Shown here: positions 46,342 through 57,229 of the stretch, piece after piece
Position numbering within the stretch: the stretch's first letter is position 1
How the letters are laid out: each line of letters opens with the position of its first letter
IMG/VR virus record: IMGVR_UViG_3300037502_003029
Location: 1,052-65,051 of that record
Strand: one strand, 5' to 3'
Length of the DNA: 64,000 nt
Origin: a virus
Translations under genes and position numbers: made by a program
The notes under the pieces: model-generated
Told to the model about the DNA's origin: nothing
The model's input: only the letters and a program-made list of their open reading frames with translations
The model's database searches: none

Positions 46342-46980
46342 ATGTTTGATTTTAGTAAAAAAAGTGAAGGTGGAAATCAAAAAGTAGATTTCCCATTAGG
46401 AATTGCAGTAGATAATGTAGTTTTAAGAAATATTGAAGTAAATCGTAATATCTTAGGATTACAATTTAATTTTCAAAGAGTGTTAAATGGTACTATAGCG
46501 TTTTTATCAGATACCTTATTACCACCTAAACAAGAGTGGTTTACAGAAGATAAACAAATAGGAGATAAACTTTTATCTGCTGAAGAGCAATATAATTTGC
46601 AAATACGTGTATTTTCAGGTTATGTAAGACATTTATTAACTAATTGTGGTTTAGATAATAATGATTTAGCAAAAGTACCACCTTCTGAAGATTTGAAGGA
46701 ATATTTAATAAAATTTTGTGAGATTATTAATCCTATTATTGAAAGAAAAAGAATACCTGTATACTTAAAAACAGTAGTTGATAAGCAAGGGTATATTAAA
46801 TTACCTAAATTTAGAGGCAAAGGTGTAGCATCTCCTATGGATGCTGGTAAACCAGCTTTTGAGTATAGTGAGTATGAATTAGAACTTATACAAGGTTCTA
46901 GAAAGGAAGGAGTAGAAGAAGTTACTCAAGCAGGAGATAATACTCCTAAAGCTACTACAGGTACAGGTATGGATTTTTAA
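46342..46980 (+). CDS. Hypothetical protein
   Basis: ORF track. Confidence 0.4.
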   Translation: MFDFSKKSEGGNQKVDFPLGIAVDNVVLRNIEVNRNILGLQFNFQRVLNGTIAFLSDTLLPPKQEWFTEDKQIGDKLLSAEEQYNLQIRVFSGYVRHLLTNCGLDNNDLAKVPPSEDLKEYLIKFCEIINPIIERKRIPVYLKTVVDKQGYIKLPKFRGKGVASPMDAGKPAFEYSEYELELIQGSRKEGVEEVTQAGDNTPKATTGTGMDF

Positions 46981-47004
46981 AATCTGTTATTAATTAATTT
47001 TAAT

Positions 47005-47038
47005 AAGCAGGGGGAGAAATCCTCCTGCTTTTTTTTTA
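47005..47038 (+). terminator. Terminator (AGCAGG...CCTGCT then T9)
   Basis: Seen in sequence. Confidence 0.5.
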
Positions 47039-47039
47039 T

Positions 47040-48008
47040 ATGATAGATATAAATGATTTTGAAGTAAATCTTAGCGATTTAAATGGTAAAGTATCTGATG
47101 AAGATATATATTATCATTATTTAGGAGATTTTGAAGATAATAGTTGGTTTTCTGCTCCTTGGAGAAGCGATACTGATCCTTCATTACGAATTTCTTATTA
47201 TAAAAACAGATGGGTATGGACTGATTTTGGAGAAGATAATAGACCTAAACATGCTATCAATTTTGTAATGCGTTTATACAATATAACGTATTTTGAAGCA
47301 TTAGAAAGAATTTATAAAGAAGTATATTTAAATAATGAACCTAATAACAAAAGTAAATCAGTAATTAAAACTGAATCAACATCTTATTGTAAGATAAGAC
47401 AAGAATTTTTTACTTTTGAGTTAGATTATTGGAAACCTGCGGATATAACTAAACAAGATTTACTGTATTGGGATATATATTCAGGAGAAATAAGACATAA
47501 TGGTAGAGTATGGCATCAATCTAAAGAATCTGATCCATTATTTATATATATGTTTGATAAAAAAATTCCAATATATAAAGGTTATAGACCATATGCTAAA
47601 GATAAACATTGTAAATTTTATGCTAAAAATGTATCAAATCATATACAAGGTTTAGATAAATTAACAGGTAAATCAAAAATATTAATCATAACTAAAAGTT
47701 ATAAAGATGTAATAGTTTGGAACAAATTAGGATATGATGCTATAGCTCCTCATACGGAAAATATGTTTATAAGTCCTTTTGATTTTTATGATTTACAATT
47801 AAAATATCCTATAATATATGTAAATTATGATAACGATGATGTAGGTGTAAAAAAGTCAATAGAATATACTAATATGTATGGTATTAATTACTTTAATATT
47901 CCTTTAAGTACATGCTGTAAAGATGTGTTTGAATTTGTATGTAATAACTCTTATAAGGAATTAGATGAATTATTTAAACAAAAATTAAAAAGAGATAATG
48001 TCTATTAA
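47040..48008 (+). CDS. Hypothetical protein; weak primase-like (TOPRIM-like) features
   Basis: Sits in the replication block after the DnaB-like helicase; no zinc-finger Cys seen; low confidence. Confidence 0.25.
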   Translation: MIDINDFEVNLSDLNGKVSDEDIYYHYLGDFEDNSWFSAPWRSDTDPSLRISYYKNRWVWTDFGEDNRPKHAINFVMRLYNITYFEALERIYKEVYLNNEPNNKSKSVIKTESTSYCKIRQEFFTFELDYWKPADITKQDLLYWDIYSGEIRHNGRVWHQSKESDPLFIYMFDKKIPIYKGYRPYAKDKHCKFYAKNVSNHIQGLDKLTGKSKILIITKSYKDVIVWNKLGYDAIAPHTENMFISPFDFYDLQLKYPIIYVNYDNDDVGVKKSIEYTNMYGINYFNIPLSTCCKDVFEFVCNNSYKELDELFKQKLKRDNVY

Positions 48009-48357
48009 ACTTACAGAAGAGCAAAAAGATAAGATTTTAGAAATGTGTAAAGTATTATTTCCTGAATATGATTTTGTATTTTACCATACAATATCTAAAG
48101 CAAATATGCTTACAGGATTTTTAAAAACAAATGATTCAGACCTTTATGATAATTGTGACATATTTATACATTGGTTTGAGTTTTGTATGACTCATTTAGC
48201 TGAAAAAATAGCTAAACATGATAGATATGATGATTTAAATCTACATGTTGATACTATACTAGCTTGTTGGGTAAACCATACAGAGAATTTTCCTAGAAAA
48301 CACCCAGTAGATTATTTATATGAAAAATTTAAAAGAATAAAAAATGAGAATACATGA
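47998..48357 (+). CDS. Hypothetical protein
   Basis: ORF track. Confidence 0.35.
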   Translation: MSIKLTEEQKDKILEMCKVLFPEYDFVFYHTISKANMLTGFLKTNDSDLYDNCDIFIHWFEFCMTHLAEKIAKHDRYDDLNLHVDTILACWVNHTENFPRKHPVDYLYEKFKRIKNENT

Positions 48358-48510
48358 GTCTATAACTTGTGATTTAAAATTAGTAGATGAAGAAGTTAAT
48401 AAATATTTAAGAGAATATCCTCCTGCAGGATACGGAACTCGTGAAACAAAGCGAGAAATTAACAATAATAAAGTAACAATAACATTTATAAGATCTAAAA
48501 GTTGTGATTA

Positions 48511-49458
48511 ATGAAAAATAAAGTAATTTTAACAGCTCAACATGGAAGACCTAGTACTAAGTTAGTTTGGTCTAAAGTGCAACACAATCGTGAAAACCCT
48601 ATTGTATTAGTACAACGAAGAAGATTTACTAAAAGAAATGGTAAAGTTGTATCTTATTATAGAGTGTTTGGAGATCCAAATGTATATAATGAAAAACAAC
48701 TATATCAGTTAAAAATGAAAACATTTAATTTTAATAATACTGTATTAATTAGATGGGGAACTAGAGAAGAGATTGAAGGTGAAAACTTAATAGTTTATAA
48801 TCAATCTAAATCTATTAAAAATGCTACTGATAAAAAATTAAGTAGAGAAATATTTGAGCAAAACAACGTATCTACTCCGAGATTATTAAAAAGTGTTAAT
48901 GATTGGAATAATGTTTGGGTAATTGCTAGACCTTCAGTACATTCTAAAGGTAAAAACTTTGTAATATTAAAAACAAAAGATGAGTTAAGACAACATTGGA
49001 GACAAGGTTGGTATTATAGCGAATTTATTAATAAACAAAGAGAATTTAGAGTACATGTAGGTCATTCTAAGGTATTAGCATTAATGGAAAAACATAATCC
49101 TAATAATGGTAATATTGCTTGGAATAGAGCAATAAATCAAAATGATCCTTTTACTTGGGTAGGCCAACAGCAAAGCGATAACGAAAATTTAAAACCTGTA
49201 TTAATAGAAGCCATTAAAGCAGTAAATGCTTTAGGTTTAGATATGGGAGGAGTAGATGTAATGTTACGAGATGGAGTAGCTTATGTTTTAGAAGTAAATA
49301 CTGCACCTACATTAAATACTTCACCTAAAGTTGCTAATATGTGGGCTAAATATTGGGAATTTTTATTAAGAAGAGACGATAGAAGATTGCATTGGAATTA
49401 TAAACAATTTACTAAGGCTAGTAGTTTATTTTGGAAACAAAATCAACTTGAAGAATGA
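48511..49458 (+). CDS. ATP-grasp fold ligase (RimK/glutathione-synthetase-like)
   Basis: WVIARPSVHSKGKNFVIL, EFRVHVG and GLDMGGVDVMLRDGVAYVLEVNTAPTL are typical ATP-grasp motifs. Confidence 0.55.
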   Translation: MKNKVILTAQHGRPSTKLVWSKVQHNRENPIVLVQRRRFTKRNGKVVSYYRVFGDPNVYNEKQLYQLKMKTFNFNNTVLIRWGTREEIEGENLIVYNQSKSIKNATDKKLSREIFEQNNVSTPRLLKSVNDWNNVWVIARPSVHSKGKNFVILKTKDELRQHWRQGWYYSEFINKQREFRVHVGHSKVLALMEKHNPNNGNIAWNRAINQNDPFTWVGQQQSDNENLKPVLIEAIKAVNALGLDMGGVDVMLRDGVAYVLEVNTAPTLNTSPKVANMWAKYWEFLLRRDDRRLHWNYKQFTKASSLFWKQNQLEE

Positions 49459-49823
49459 ATTTAATTGCAACACCTTTTGATGAATATTGTTTTTATAAAG
49501 TAGATAGTAAAGTATTTGTAGCATGGACAGGCGCATTTGGTAATTGCCAAAATATTACAATTAGATTTTGTAATTACTTGTTAACAGAATCATCTACTTA
49601 TATAAATAATTATTTTTTTGAATTATATAATAAAACAGGTAGACCTTATGTAATAATTGACATAAATTATATCTACTTTAACAAATTAACTGAATTTATG
49701 AAAGAAAACTCATTGAGTAAATTAAAAATAGTTTCACACCAACCTTATAAAAATGGTAATGGTTCTAATATGAACCTGATAGTTTTAGATATTAAAAATT
49801 TAAGAAAAATAACAAATGAATAA
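49455..49823 (+). CDS. Hypothetical protein
   Basis: ORF track. Confidence 0.35.
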   Translation: MNLIATPFDEYCFYKVDSKVFVAWTGAFGNCQNITIRFCNYLLTESSTYINNYFFELYNKTGRPYVIIDINYIYFNKLTEFMKENSLSKLKIVSHQPYKNGNGSNMNLIVLDIKNLRKITNE

Positions 49824-50661
49824 TTTTATACTTGGAGCAGATCCTGAATTTTTTGCTCGAAACGTAAAAACAGGTGAATATATTAGTTTAGTACCTTTTT
49901 TAAAGGGTACTAAAAGTAAACCAGAAGTATTAAAAATACCATTAGTAGATGGTTGTTTTAAATTAAAAGATAATGTTGCTGTAGAATTTAATATGCCTCC
50001 AGTACCTGAATACTGGATGCTAAAGATTTTAATTGATCAATGCATACAAGAAACTAACGATTGGTTAAAATCTATAGATCCTGATTTAGAGTTGGCTATA
50101 ACATCATCTGCTGAATTTGATGATAGAGAATTAAGCTCTGAAGAAGCAATGGAGTTTGGATGTGAACCTGCATATTCTGTATATTCTGAAGATGTAGTTT
50201 ATAGACCTTCTCCAGTAGAAGTAGGTAATTTAAGAACATCCTCATATCATATTCATTATGGATGGGATAAGAATTATAGTAGAGAAGATTTATTTAAATT
50301 TATAGTTTTAAACGATGTATTTTTAGGTTTTCCAGCTATTTTTAAAGATGAAACTGATAAATTACGAAAAGTAGTATATGGTAGTTTATCTGAACATAGA
50401 ATTAAAGCTAAAGAGCATTATTTTCATATCGAAGCTGCTAATAGAATAGAATATCGAAGCTTAGGTGCAGGTATACATAATCATCCTGAATTTGTAAATA
50501 ATGGTATAAATTTAATTAGAAAAAATACTCAAAATATAGATGATATCTATGATAGATATTTTGATGATTTATATTTATTAAACTATGATTTATATAACGA
50601 TAAATTAAAAACTAATTTAAAAAATAAATTAATAAAAAATGGACATTGGAACAACGCGTAA
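49816..50661 (+). CDS. Putative carboxylate-amine ligase (amidoligase/GCS2-like)
   Basis: N-terminal GADPEFF (GxExE-like) and HIHYG motif; lies within the ligation cassette. Confidence 0.35.
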   Translation: MNNFILGADPEFFARNVKTGEYISLVPFLKGTKSKPEVLKIPLVDGCFKLKDNVAVEFNMPPVPEYWMLKILIDQCIQETNDWLKSIDPDLELAITSSAEFDDRELSSEEAMEFGCEPAYSVYSEDVVYRPSPVEVGNLRTSSYHIHYGWDKNYSREDLFKFIVLNDVFLGFPAIFKDETDKLRKVVYGSLSEHRIKAKEHYFHIEAANRIEYRSLGAGIHNHPEFVNNGINLIRKNTQNIDDIYDRYFDDLYLLNYDLYNDKLKTNLKNKLIKNGHWNNA

Positions 50662-51007
50662 GTTAGCTGTTTATGGTACACTAAGAAACGGTTTTGGTAA
50701 TCACCGGTATTTAAAAAATTCAAAATTTATAGGAACAGGGAAAACTGTAGAAAGTTTTACACTAAGTGCAAATGGTATTCCATTTGTACATAAAGATCCT
50801 TTACATAATGTAGTAGTAGAAGTATATGAAGTAGATGATAATGATTTTAAAAATATAGATTCATTAGAAGGTCATCCTAACTGGTATAAAAGAGAAATAA
50901 CTGATATCCAAATAGGAAATCAGATAATACCAGCATGGTTATATTTTTATCCTAAAAAAGCAAATGAAATAATAGAATCAGGTGATTATAAAGATTATAA
51001 ATTATGA
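50639..51007 (+). CDS. Gamma-glutamyl cyclotransferase (GGCT/AIG2-like)
   Basis: LAVYGTLRNGFGNH (YGTL motif) and LEGHPNWYKRE (E..Y.R). Confidence 0.55.
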   Translation: MDIGTTRKLAVYGTLRNGFGNHRYLKNSKFIGTGKTVESFTLSANGIPFVHKDPLHNVVVEVYEVDDNDFKNIDSLEGHPNWYKREITDIQIGNQIIPAWLYFYPKKANEIIESGDYKDYKL

Positions 51008-51774
51008 TAGTAAGTTCTCAAAACTATGCTAAAATAAAACAAAATAGTGATGTTCGTCTATACACAAAATACGACTGTAACGGTTGGTATAAAAATTCTA
51101 GACATAAAGGTGAAGATCCTAAATTTTATGTAGATAAATCAATTGCCGATCAAACTTTAAACTTTTGGAATATTTCTTTAGAAAGATTTTTAGAAGAATT
51201 ATCTTTAATAGGTTTTACTTTTAGTGTAACTGTTTATAATCGTAAATTAAAATGGAAAAATAATAATGAGATGACTCCGCATTATGAGTTTAAATTATTA
51301 GTACCTAAAAAATACAAAGAGTCATCCTATTATAGATATTTAGGTTTTTGTTTATTTCGTCATTTATATTATTATCAAAATTATTTTAAAATATATTTTG
51401 ATTATATAGATAACAATACAACTGAACATACTAAAATTCTTGTATTAGGTTTGTTAAGAGGTATACCAACGCATACTTATTTGCAAGCTACACCAACAAA
51501 AGTTACTACGTTTGCAGAATTATTAGAAAAATTATTAAAAAATGGTAGTAATTATAGTGTAGATGGTAGTGATGCTTCTTTGCGTTTTAATTTTCTAGCG
51601 ATGAATAGTGCGTTAGTTAATAAAAAAATACTTAACGATGTACTATCTATAATTCATTTATCAAGAAATGAGTTGCTTAAATTAAATAACGATTTATTTA
51701 AAGTATCAACACCTATTTATGGAAATATTAATCAATTAAATTACAAAAAAATCCAAAACGCTTTAAGATTTTAA
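51004..51774 (+). CDS. Hypothetical protein
   Basis: ORF track. Confidence 0.35.
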   Translation: MIVSSQNYAKIKQNSDVRLYTKYDCNGWYKNSRHKGEDPKFYVDKSIADQTLNFWNISLERFLEELSLIGFTFSVTVYNRKLKWKNNNEMTPHYEFKLLVPKKYKESSYYRYLGFCLFRHLYYYQNYFKIYFDYIDNNTTEHTKILVLGLLRGIPTHTYLQATPTKVTTFAELLEKLLKNGSNYSVDGSDASLRFNFLAMNSALVNKKILNDVLSIIHLSRNELLKLNNDLFKVSTPIYGNINQLNYKKIQNALRF

Positions 51775-51775
51775 C

Positions 51776-53251
51776 ATGTGCGGACTTGCTGGTTTTTATC
51801 CCAAAAAAGGAAAAATGGCAAATATAGATTTTATATTTGCAATGGGAATTATGAATGAAAATAGAGGTACTGATTCTTGTGGAATTAGTATAGGAGATTA
51901 TGTAGAAAAAGGTATAGCTAAAGAATCAGATGCTAGAACTTTTATTGAGATTAATAAAAAAAAAATCACAAATAGATTAACATCAGAACCTATAATATTT
52001 CATACAAGAAAAAGTACTTACGGTACTCATACTTATGATAATGCACACCCTTTTCATTGGTATATGCCAAATGATAAAAAGAATTATTTCGTATTTGCAC
52101 ATAATGGTACTTTAGACGCTTGGAGAAATATGATTGATAGTTGGAATATTCAAGGAGATTCAAAACTAGCAACTATAGATTCTCACGCCTTAGGTTTAGC
52201 AATGTTTAAAGCTATAAGAAACGGACAAGATTTTGATCGCATATTAACCAAATATAAAGGTGCTGCTGCATTTTTAGGTTATACTGGTGATACATTTTTT
52301 GTATGGAAAGGTGCTAGTAATAACATTGTAGAAAGACCGATGTATTATATAGAAAATGCTGATGGTTGGTATTTTCATTCTCAAGAAATAGTACTAAGTT
52401 TATTATTTCCTAATAAACATGTTTATGAAGTAGATAATAATACTCTAATAACGTTTAAAAATAATAAACTATTTAGCAAAACTGAATATAAAAGAGAATT
52501 TAAAACTATAGCAGAAACTGCTCATACAGCATCGCAAAACGTTAAAGAGTTATTTAAAAAGATTAATCCATTACATATGTTAATCTTAAATTCTAAAACG
52601 TTAATTAAAAGAAAAGCTAATAAATTCGATAAATATGAATCTAAAAAAAGTAGAAAACATAAAGCAAAATATCAAACAGATAGTCAAATGATGATACCAT
52701 TTGATGTTGATAATACTGAAGAAGAAGAAGATCTTTTATTAGATTTTAATTTTCCATATTCTTGTGGTGTAAATGCAAATATAAACTCTTATAATTATGC
52801 AAAATATACATCGTCTAAAGGAGCTATTTTAAATGGTACATACTATTTTAAACTTAGTAAAATAAATGATGATTTTATTATTGAAAATAAATATTCACAT
52901 AATCCACCTGATAATGGTTATATACCTATAATATTTATCAATGGAATTGCCTTCTATAATATAACAAATTCTTTAAAAATATCTGATACTATTTCGGTAC
53001 TTACTGAAAAAATTGAATCTTGTACAAACATTCAACAATTAAATGAATTAGTAGATAAAGAATATAGATCTAGTATATTTAAAAATTTAGCAAGTTATAT
53101 GCATGTATATAATGATATATTAGGTAAACATGTTGTCATATATAAATCAGTTAATGGCTTGGTTTATGCAGAAGTAACAGAAGATGTACCAACATTGATT
53201 ACTTTTTATGAAGAGGTTGTAGGAGTAAAAACATTTAAAGCGCTTGTATGA
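51776..53251 (+). CDS. Class-II glutamine amidotransferase (Ntn) domain protein
   Basis: N-terminus MCGLAG (catalytic Cys2), as in GlmS/AsnB-type GATases. Confidence 0.5.
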   Translation: MCGLAGFYPKKGKMANIDFIFAMGIMNENRGTDSCGISIGDYVEKGIAKESDARTFIEINKKKITNRLTSEPIIFHTRKSTYGTHTYDNAHPFHWYMPNDKKNYFVFAHNGTLDAWRNMIDSWNIQGDSKLATIDSHALGLAMFKAIRNGQDFDRILTKYKGAAAFLGYTGDTFFVWKGASNNIVERPMYYIENADGWYFHSQEIVLSLLFPNKHVYEVDNNTLITFKNNKLFSKTEYKREFKTIAETAHTASQNVKELFKKINPLHMLILNSKTLIKRKANKFDKYESKKSRKHKAKYQTDSQMMIPFDVDNTEEEEDLLLDFNFPYSCGVNANINSYNYAKYTSSKGAILNGTYYFKLSKINDDFIIENKYSHNPPDNGYIPIIFINGIAFYNITNSLKISDTISVLTEKIESCTNIQQLNELVDKEYRSSIFKNLASYMHVYNDILGKHVVIYKSVNGLVYAEVTEDVPTLITFYEEVVGVKTFKALV

Positions 53252-55212
53252 AAAAGATATTAAAAAAAAAGATAAGAAACCGATGGTATCCTATGTCAGA
53301 GGTAGTTATTGATACATATACTAATGAGTATGAAGTAAAAAAGAAAACTAAAGCTTATTTAGGTTTAGACAATACTATACAATTTAGTAGTAAAGTAGTT
53401 GATTATTATAATATTAAAAATCGTAATTATCAATCTATATGTCTTTCGATTATTGAAAAAAATATAGATTCTTTTATTTTCTATAAAAATGCATATTATC
53501 ATTTAACAGCTACCAATAACTTTCCCAAATATAAAAAACCTAATAATAAAATATATGAAATTCGTAGTTATCCGTTTATTGTAAATGAACCTATAGTTAA
53601 TATTCCAAATAAATTATCAAATATATTAAAGAATACAACTATTGGAATTGAGTTAGAAACTTCTAGTAGCGTAATACCAAAAATAGAAGCAGAAAAGTTA
53701 CATTTTGCTGAATTATATGATGGATCAATTAAAGGTCCTGAGTATACTTCTAAAGTCTTTACAGCTAATAATTTACATTATGTATATAAGATGTTAACAT
53801 TGTTAAAATGTATGACAACTTCTGATGAATATTGTTCTCTTCATATACATTTTGGTAACATTCCTTTTAGTGATGATAATTTATTAGCTATTTATAACTT
53901 ATACCAAAGATTACAAGATGAGTTAAATTTTATAATTGCGCCCTTTAGAAAAGATTATAGGTATTTAGCAAGCAAAGATAAAGATCATTGCAAAAATCTT
54001 CCTAAGTTATTAAATAATACTTCTAAAGAGATTTATCAATTATTAAAATTAGATAATTTATCACAAGAAGACTTACGACAATATAAAGATAGAAATAATA
54101 AATGGAATATTTTAGGAAGATATTATAATATCAATTTTATTAATTTTATTTGTAATAACTCTAATAGTAAAACTATTGAAGTAAGACCTTTACAAATGAC
54201 TACTAATTTTGATTATTTTATAACATTTTTACTTGTTAATTATTATATAATTAATTATGCTACAAATCATGTATCAGTAATAAATAATAAAGAAAAAAAG
54301 ATAGAATTATCTGATGTAATTTCATATCATAAAGATGAAATATCATCTACAGTATACAAAAACATTGTAATTATAAAAGATTTTTTCTATAACTTATTTC
54401 ATATAAAAAATTTAGATATAAGAAATATAGCAAAAATTGATTTAGATTTAGCTAAAAATATAATACCATATAATTTATTTCCTGATACTATAAATTTTGA
54501 TATATATAATAAATTAGTATCATTAGATTATAATGTATATATTAAATATTTAGCAGAAAATAATTTAATTAGTGACCATATCGAGTTAATAGAAAAAAGT
54601 AAATATTTTAATAAATCTATAAAATATGATAAAACAACTAGTTTTTTTGATTATTTGTATAAAACTGACGAGAGCGATGATATTAAACAAAAGCTTTTAA
54701 GTTCATTTATTATTAATTCTATAGTACATTATAATAGTCATATAAGAAATGATTATTATAGAAATGAGCAAGAATCTCTTTATGATTTAAATACTAACAA
54801 TTATGACTCAGGATCTTCTACATCTTCTGCTTATGTAACTTTTAATCATTTTGATGGTGATGAACAAAAATTATCAGCTAAACTTGATAAATCATCTTTT
54901 TTAAAATTAAAAATGAACTTAGATTCTGTATACTTAGATATGGAAAATATGTTTTTAAAAAATGATGATGTTGGTAGCATAGCAGTACTAGAAAATGGTA
55001 TAATAATTAAAAGAGAATTTTCTGATATATTTACTGCTATATTAGATGATACTTGTTTTTATTTACCTATAACTAAAAATATGGTTAATAGATATTTTAC
55101 TTTAAATCCTAATTTATCTATACCTGAAAAATATAAAAAACTTATTACTGAAAAACATTTTAATAAATCTTATACTGTTTTTAATCTCAGAGATGTTGAA
55201 GAAGAAGAATGA
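53248..55212 (+). CDS. Amidoligase-family domain protein (654 aa)
   Basis: GIELETSS (GiElE), ELYDGSI, SLHIHFGN. Confidence 0.45.
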   Translation: MKKILKKKIRNRWYPMSEVVIDTYTNEYEVKKKTKAYLGLDNTIQFSSKVVDYYNIKNRNYQSICLSIIEKNIDSFIFYKNAYYHLTATNNFPKYKKPNNKIYEIRSYPFIVNEPIVNIPNKLSNILKNTTIGIELETSSSVIPKIEAEKLHFAELYDGSIKGPEYTSKVFTANNLHYVYKMLTLLKCMTTSDEYCSLHIHFGNIPFSDDNLLAIYNLYQRLQDELNFIIAPFRKDYRYLASKDKDHCKNLPKLLNNTSKEIYQLLKLDNLSQEDLRQYKDRNNKWNILGRYYNINFINFICNNSNSKTIEVRPLQMTTNFDYFITFLLVNYYIINYATNHVSVINNKEKKIELSDVISYHKDEISSTVYKNIVIIKDFFYNLFHIKNLDIRNIAKIDLDLAKNIIPYNLFPDTINFDIYNKLVSLDYNVYIKYLAENNLISDHIELIEKSKYFNKSIKYDKTTSFFDYLYKTDESDDIKQKLLSSFIINSIVHYNSHIRNDYYRNEQESLYDLNTNNYDSGSSTSSAYVTFNHFDGDEQKLSAKLDKSSFLKLKMNLDSVYLDMENMFLKNDDVGSIAVLENGIIIKREFSDIFTAILDDTCFYLPITKNMVNRYFTLNPNLSIPEKYKKLITEKHFNKSYTVFNLRDVEEEE

Positions 55213-55838
55213 AATTTGAAAAGATATTTAAAAAGTATAATACAAGTTTAGTATTAATTTTACCTATATTTAAAAAAATTATCCAACACGTAAAAAATAG
55301 ATATAATCAAAACTATTCTATTCAAGGATTATTTTGTCAATATGGTTTGATTAATACTTACTTGTATAATACTAACGGGTTTAATGGTACTTTAAAATTA
55401 TTATTTGATTCTAATAAATTACTAGATTGTAAATTAAAAGCTCAAGTTCAACAACCTATTAATAATTTATTAGATTTAATAATAAATTCTGAATATTTTT
55501 ATTCTATCGTTTATAGGGAAAAACATATATTAATTGAATTAAAAATTCCTGAAGAATTTTTAAACGATATTAAGTTAATTGAAAATTCTCAGTATTCAAA
55601 AGTATCTGATAAATATAAAGAATATATTAAATATGTAGGTAGTTATATCTTAACAGAAGATGATGTTTTAAATTATTTATATATTGAAAACATACCATCT
55701 AAAATAATAGAAAAGAAAAAAAGTTTAGAAGATATAATTAGGAAAACTTTTGGTTTAGATACAAGCATATCTTCAGAAGAGCTTGAAGAGTATTATTCAC
55801 AATTTAATAAAAAAAAAGAAACATATTCTAATGAATAA
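55209..55838 (+). CDS. Hypothetical protein
   Basis: ORF track. Confidence 0.35.
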   Translation: MKFEKIFKKYNTSLVLILPIFKKIIQHVKNRYNQNYSIQGLFCQYGLINTYLYNTNGFNGTLKLLFDSNKLLDCKLKAQVQQPINNLLDLIINSEYFYSIVYREKHILIELKIPEEFLNDIKLIENSQYSKVSDKYKEYIKYVGSYILTEDDVLNYLYIENIPSKIIEKKKSLEDIIRKTFGLDTSISSEELEEYYSQFNKKKETYSNE

Positions 55839-56337
55839 ATTATATGACCTTTTAGAAAGTTTTAGAAAACAACATTTATCTGCTTCGGATAGAAAATCTT
55901 CTTCTGCTATTATATTTGTTAAATTTTTATCTTTATATTCAGATGTTTATTCAAAATATAATGATGAAAATGTAAAAGATACAAAAGAATTTATTGAAAA
56001 AGTAGAGCATCTTATAGTATGGACGTTATTATTAAAGCATTCTACAATAAAAGATTTAGTTTATGTAGAAGGTGATTTTACAGAATCTTCATATGCTACT
56101 AATCAAGTGTTTTCGTTATCGAACGTTGCTGAGACTATATATACATATTTAAATACCAATATTGATACTCTTCCTTATAATAGTATTTGGAATTTTAGAG
56201 TATTTGTTAATACAGTACTTAACGATTCTATTGATATGTTAAATTATGCAGTAGATAAAAAACTTTTAATACCTTTTTTTATAGATCTTTTTGAATTATA
56301 TATGGATGACAAAAAAATTATCGAATCAAGAATTTAA
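55831..56337 (+). CDS. Hypothetical protein (start moved to the ATGA-coupled Met; the ORF track begins at 55783)
   Basis: ORF track plus overlap logic. Confidence 0.35.
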   Translation: MNKLYDLLESFRKQHLSASDRKSSSAIIFVKFLSLYSDVYSKYNDENVKDTKEFIEKVEHLIVWTLLLKHSTIKDLVYVEGDFTESSYATNQVFSLSNVAETIYTYLNTNIDTLPYNSIWNFRVFVNTVLNDSIDMLNYAVDKKLLIPFFIDLFELYMDDKKIIESRI

Positions 56338-56749
56338 TGAATTATTACTTTTACATACGGATTATGTAAAGAATATTCGATCATATGCAATAAAGATACA
56401 GTTATCTAATACTAAAGACGTAGATATATTAACAGATAATTTTAACTCAATAACTGAAAAATTAACATTAAATATTTTAAAGTTTTGCAACATTTTAGAT
56501 TTAAGACCTGTAGAAGTTTTTAATCTTAAATCAAAAGATGAAAAAATGTATGATTATTTAATAATTAGTACTTTTATATTAAACTTAAAAGAAGATTTAA
56601 ACGTAGGAGAAAATAAAAAAACATTATTTACTAAAGTATTTAATAGTTTATTTAAGTTATTGCAAACTAATAACCCAAACCTAGATTTATATGATATTAT
56701 GCTTAAACAAATAGAAAATAAAAAATATTATGGATTTAAAAAAATATGA
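56291..56749 (+). CDS. Hypothetical protein (start uncertain, possibly 56306)
   Basis: ORF track. Confidence 0.3.
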   Translation: MNYIWMTKKLSNQEFNELLLLHTDYVKNIRSYAIKIQLSNTKDVDILTDNFNSITEKLTLNILKFCNILDLRPVEVFNLKSKDEKMYDYLIISTFILNLKEDLNVGENKKTLFTKVFNSLFKLLQTNNPNLDLYDIMLKQIENKKYYGFKKI

Positions 56750-57227
56750 AACAATAATAGCTCAAACAGCAGTATATCCTAGAACAGTAGAAAACTTTGA
56801 TGTTGCTTACTGTTATTTAGGAATAATAGATGAAACATTTGAATTATTTGAAAAAATAGAAAATAATGCTTCTGATATTGAAATAAAAAAAGAAATAGGT
56901 GACGTAATATGGTATCTTACAGCTTTTGCTGTATTTTATAAAATACCATTAGAAACCGTATTTATAACACTTTTAAACCCGGATTATGAAGAGGATATGT
57001 TTTTATTTTATCGTTTTGCAGGTAAAGTTAAAAAGTTTTATAGAGATAATAAAGAAATTCCTAAAGAAGAAGTATCTAGATTTATAACTATTGTTTGGAA
57101 TAGATTACTCCAATATACTTCTCAAGAAGATATTGGTAGCATTCTTCAAATGAATTACGATAAATTAATTAAAAGGAGAGAAACCGATACTTTACACGGA
57201 GATGGTGATAATCGAGAAATACAATAA
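56730..57227 (+). CDS. MazG-like nucleoside triphosphate pyrophosphohydrolase
   Basis: EIGDVIWYL (E.GD.LWYL) is typical of all-alpha NTP-PPases. Confidence 0.55.
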   Translation: MDLKKYETIIAQTAVYPRTVENFDVAYCYLGIIDETFELFEKIENNASDIEIKKEIGDVIWYLTAFAVFYKIPLETVFITLLNPDYEEDMFLFYRFAGKVKKFYRDNKEIPKEEVSRFITIVWNRLLQYTSQEDIGSILQMNYDKLIKRRETDTLHGDGDNREIQ

Positions 57228-57229
57228 TT

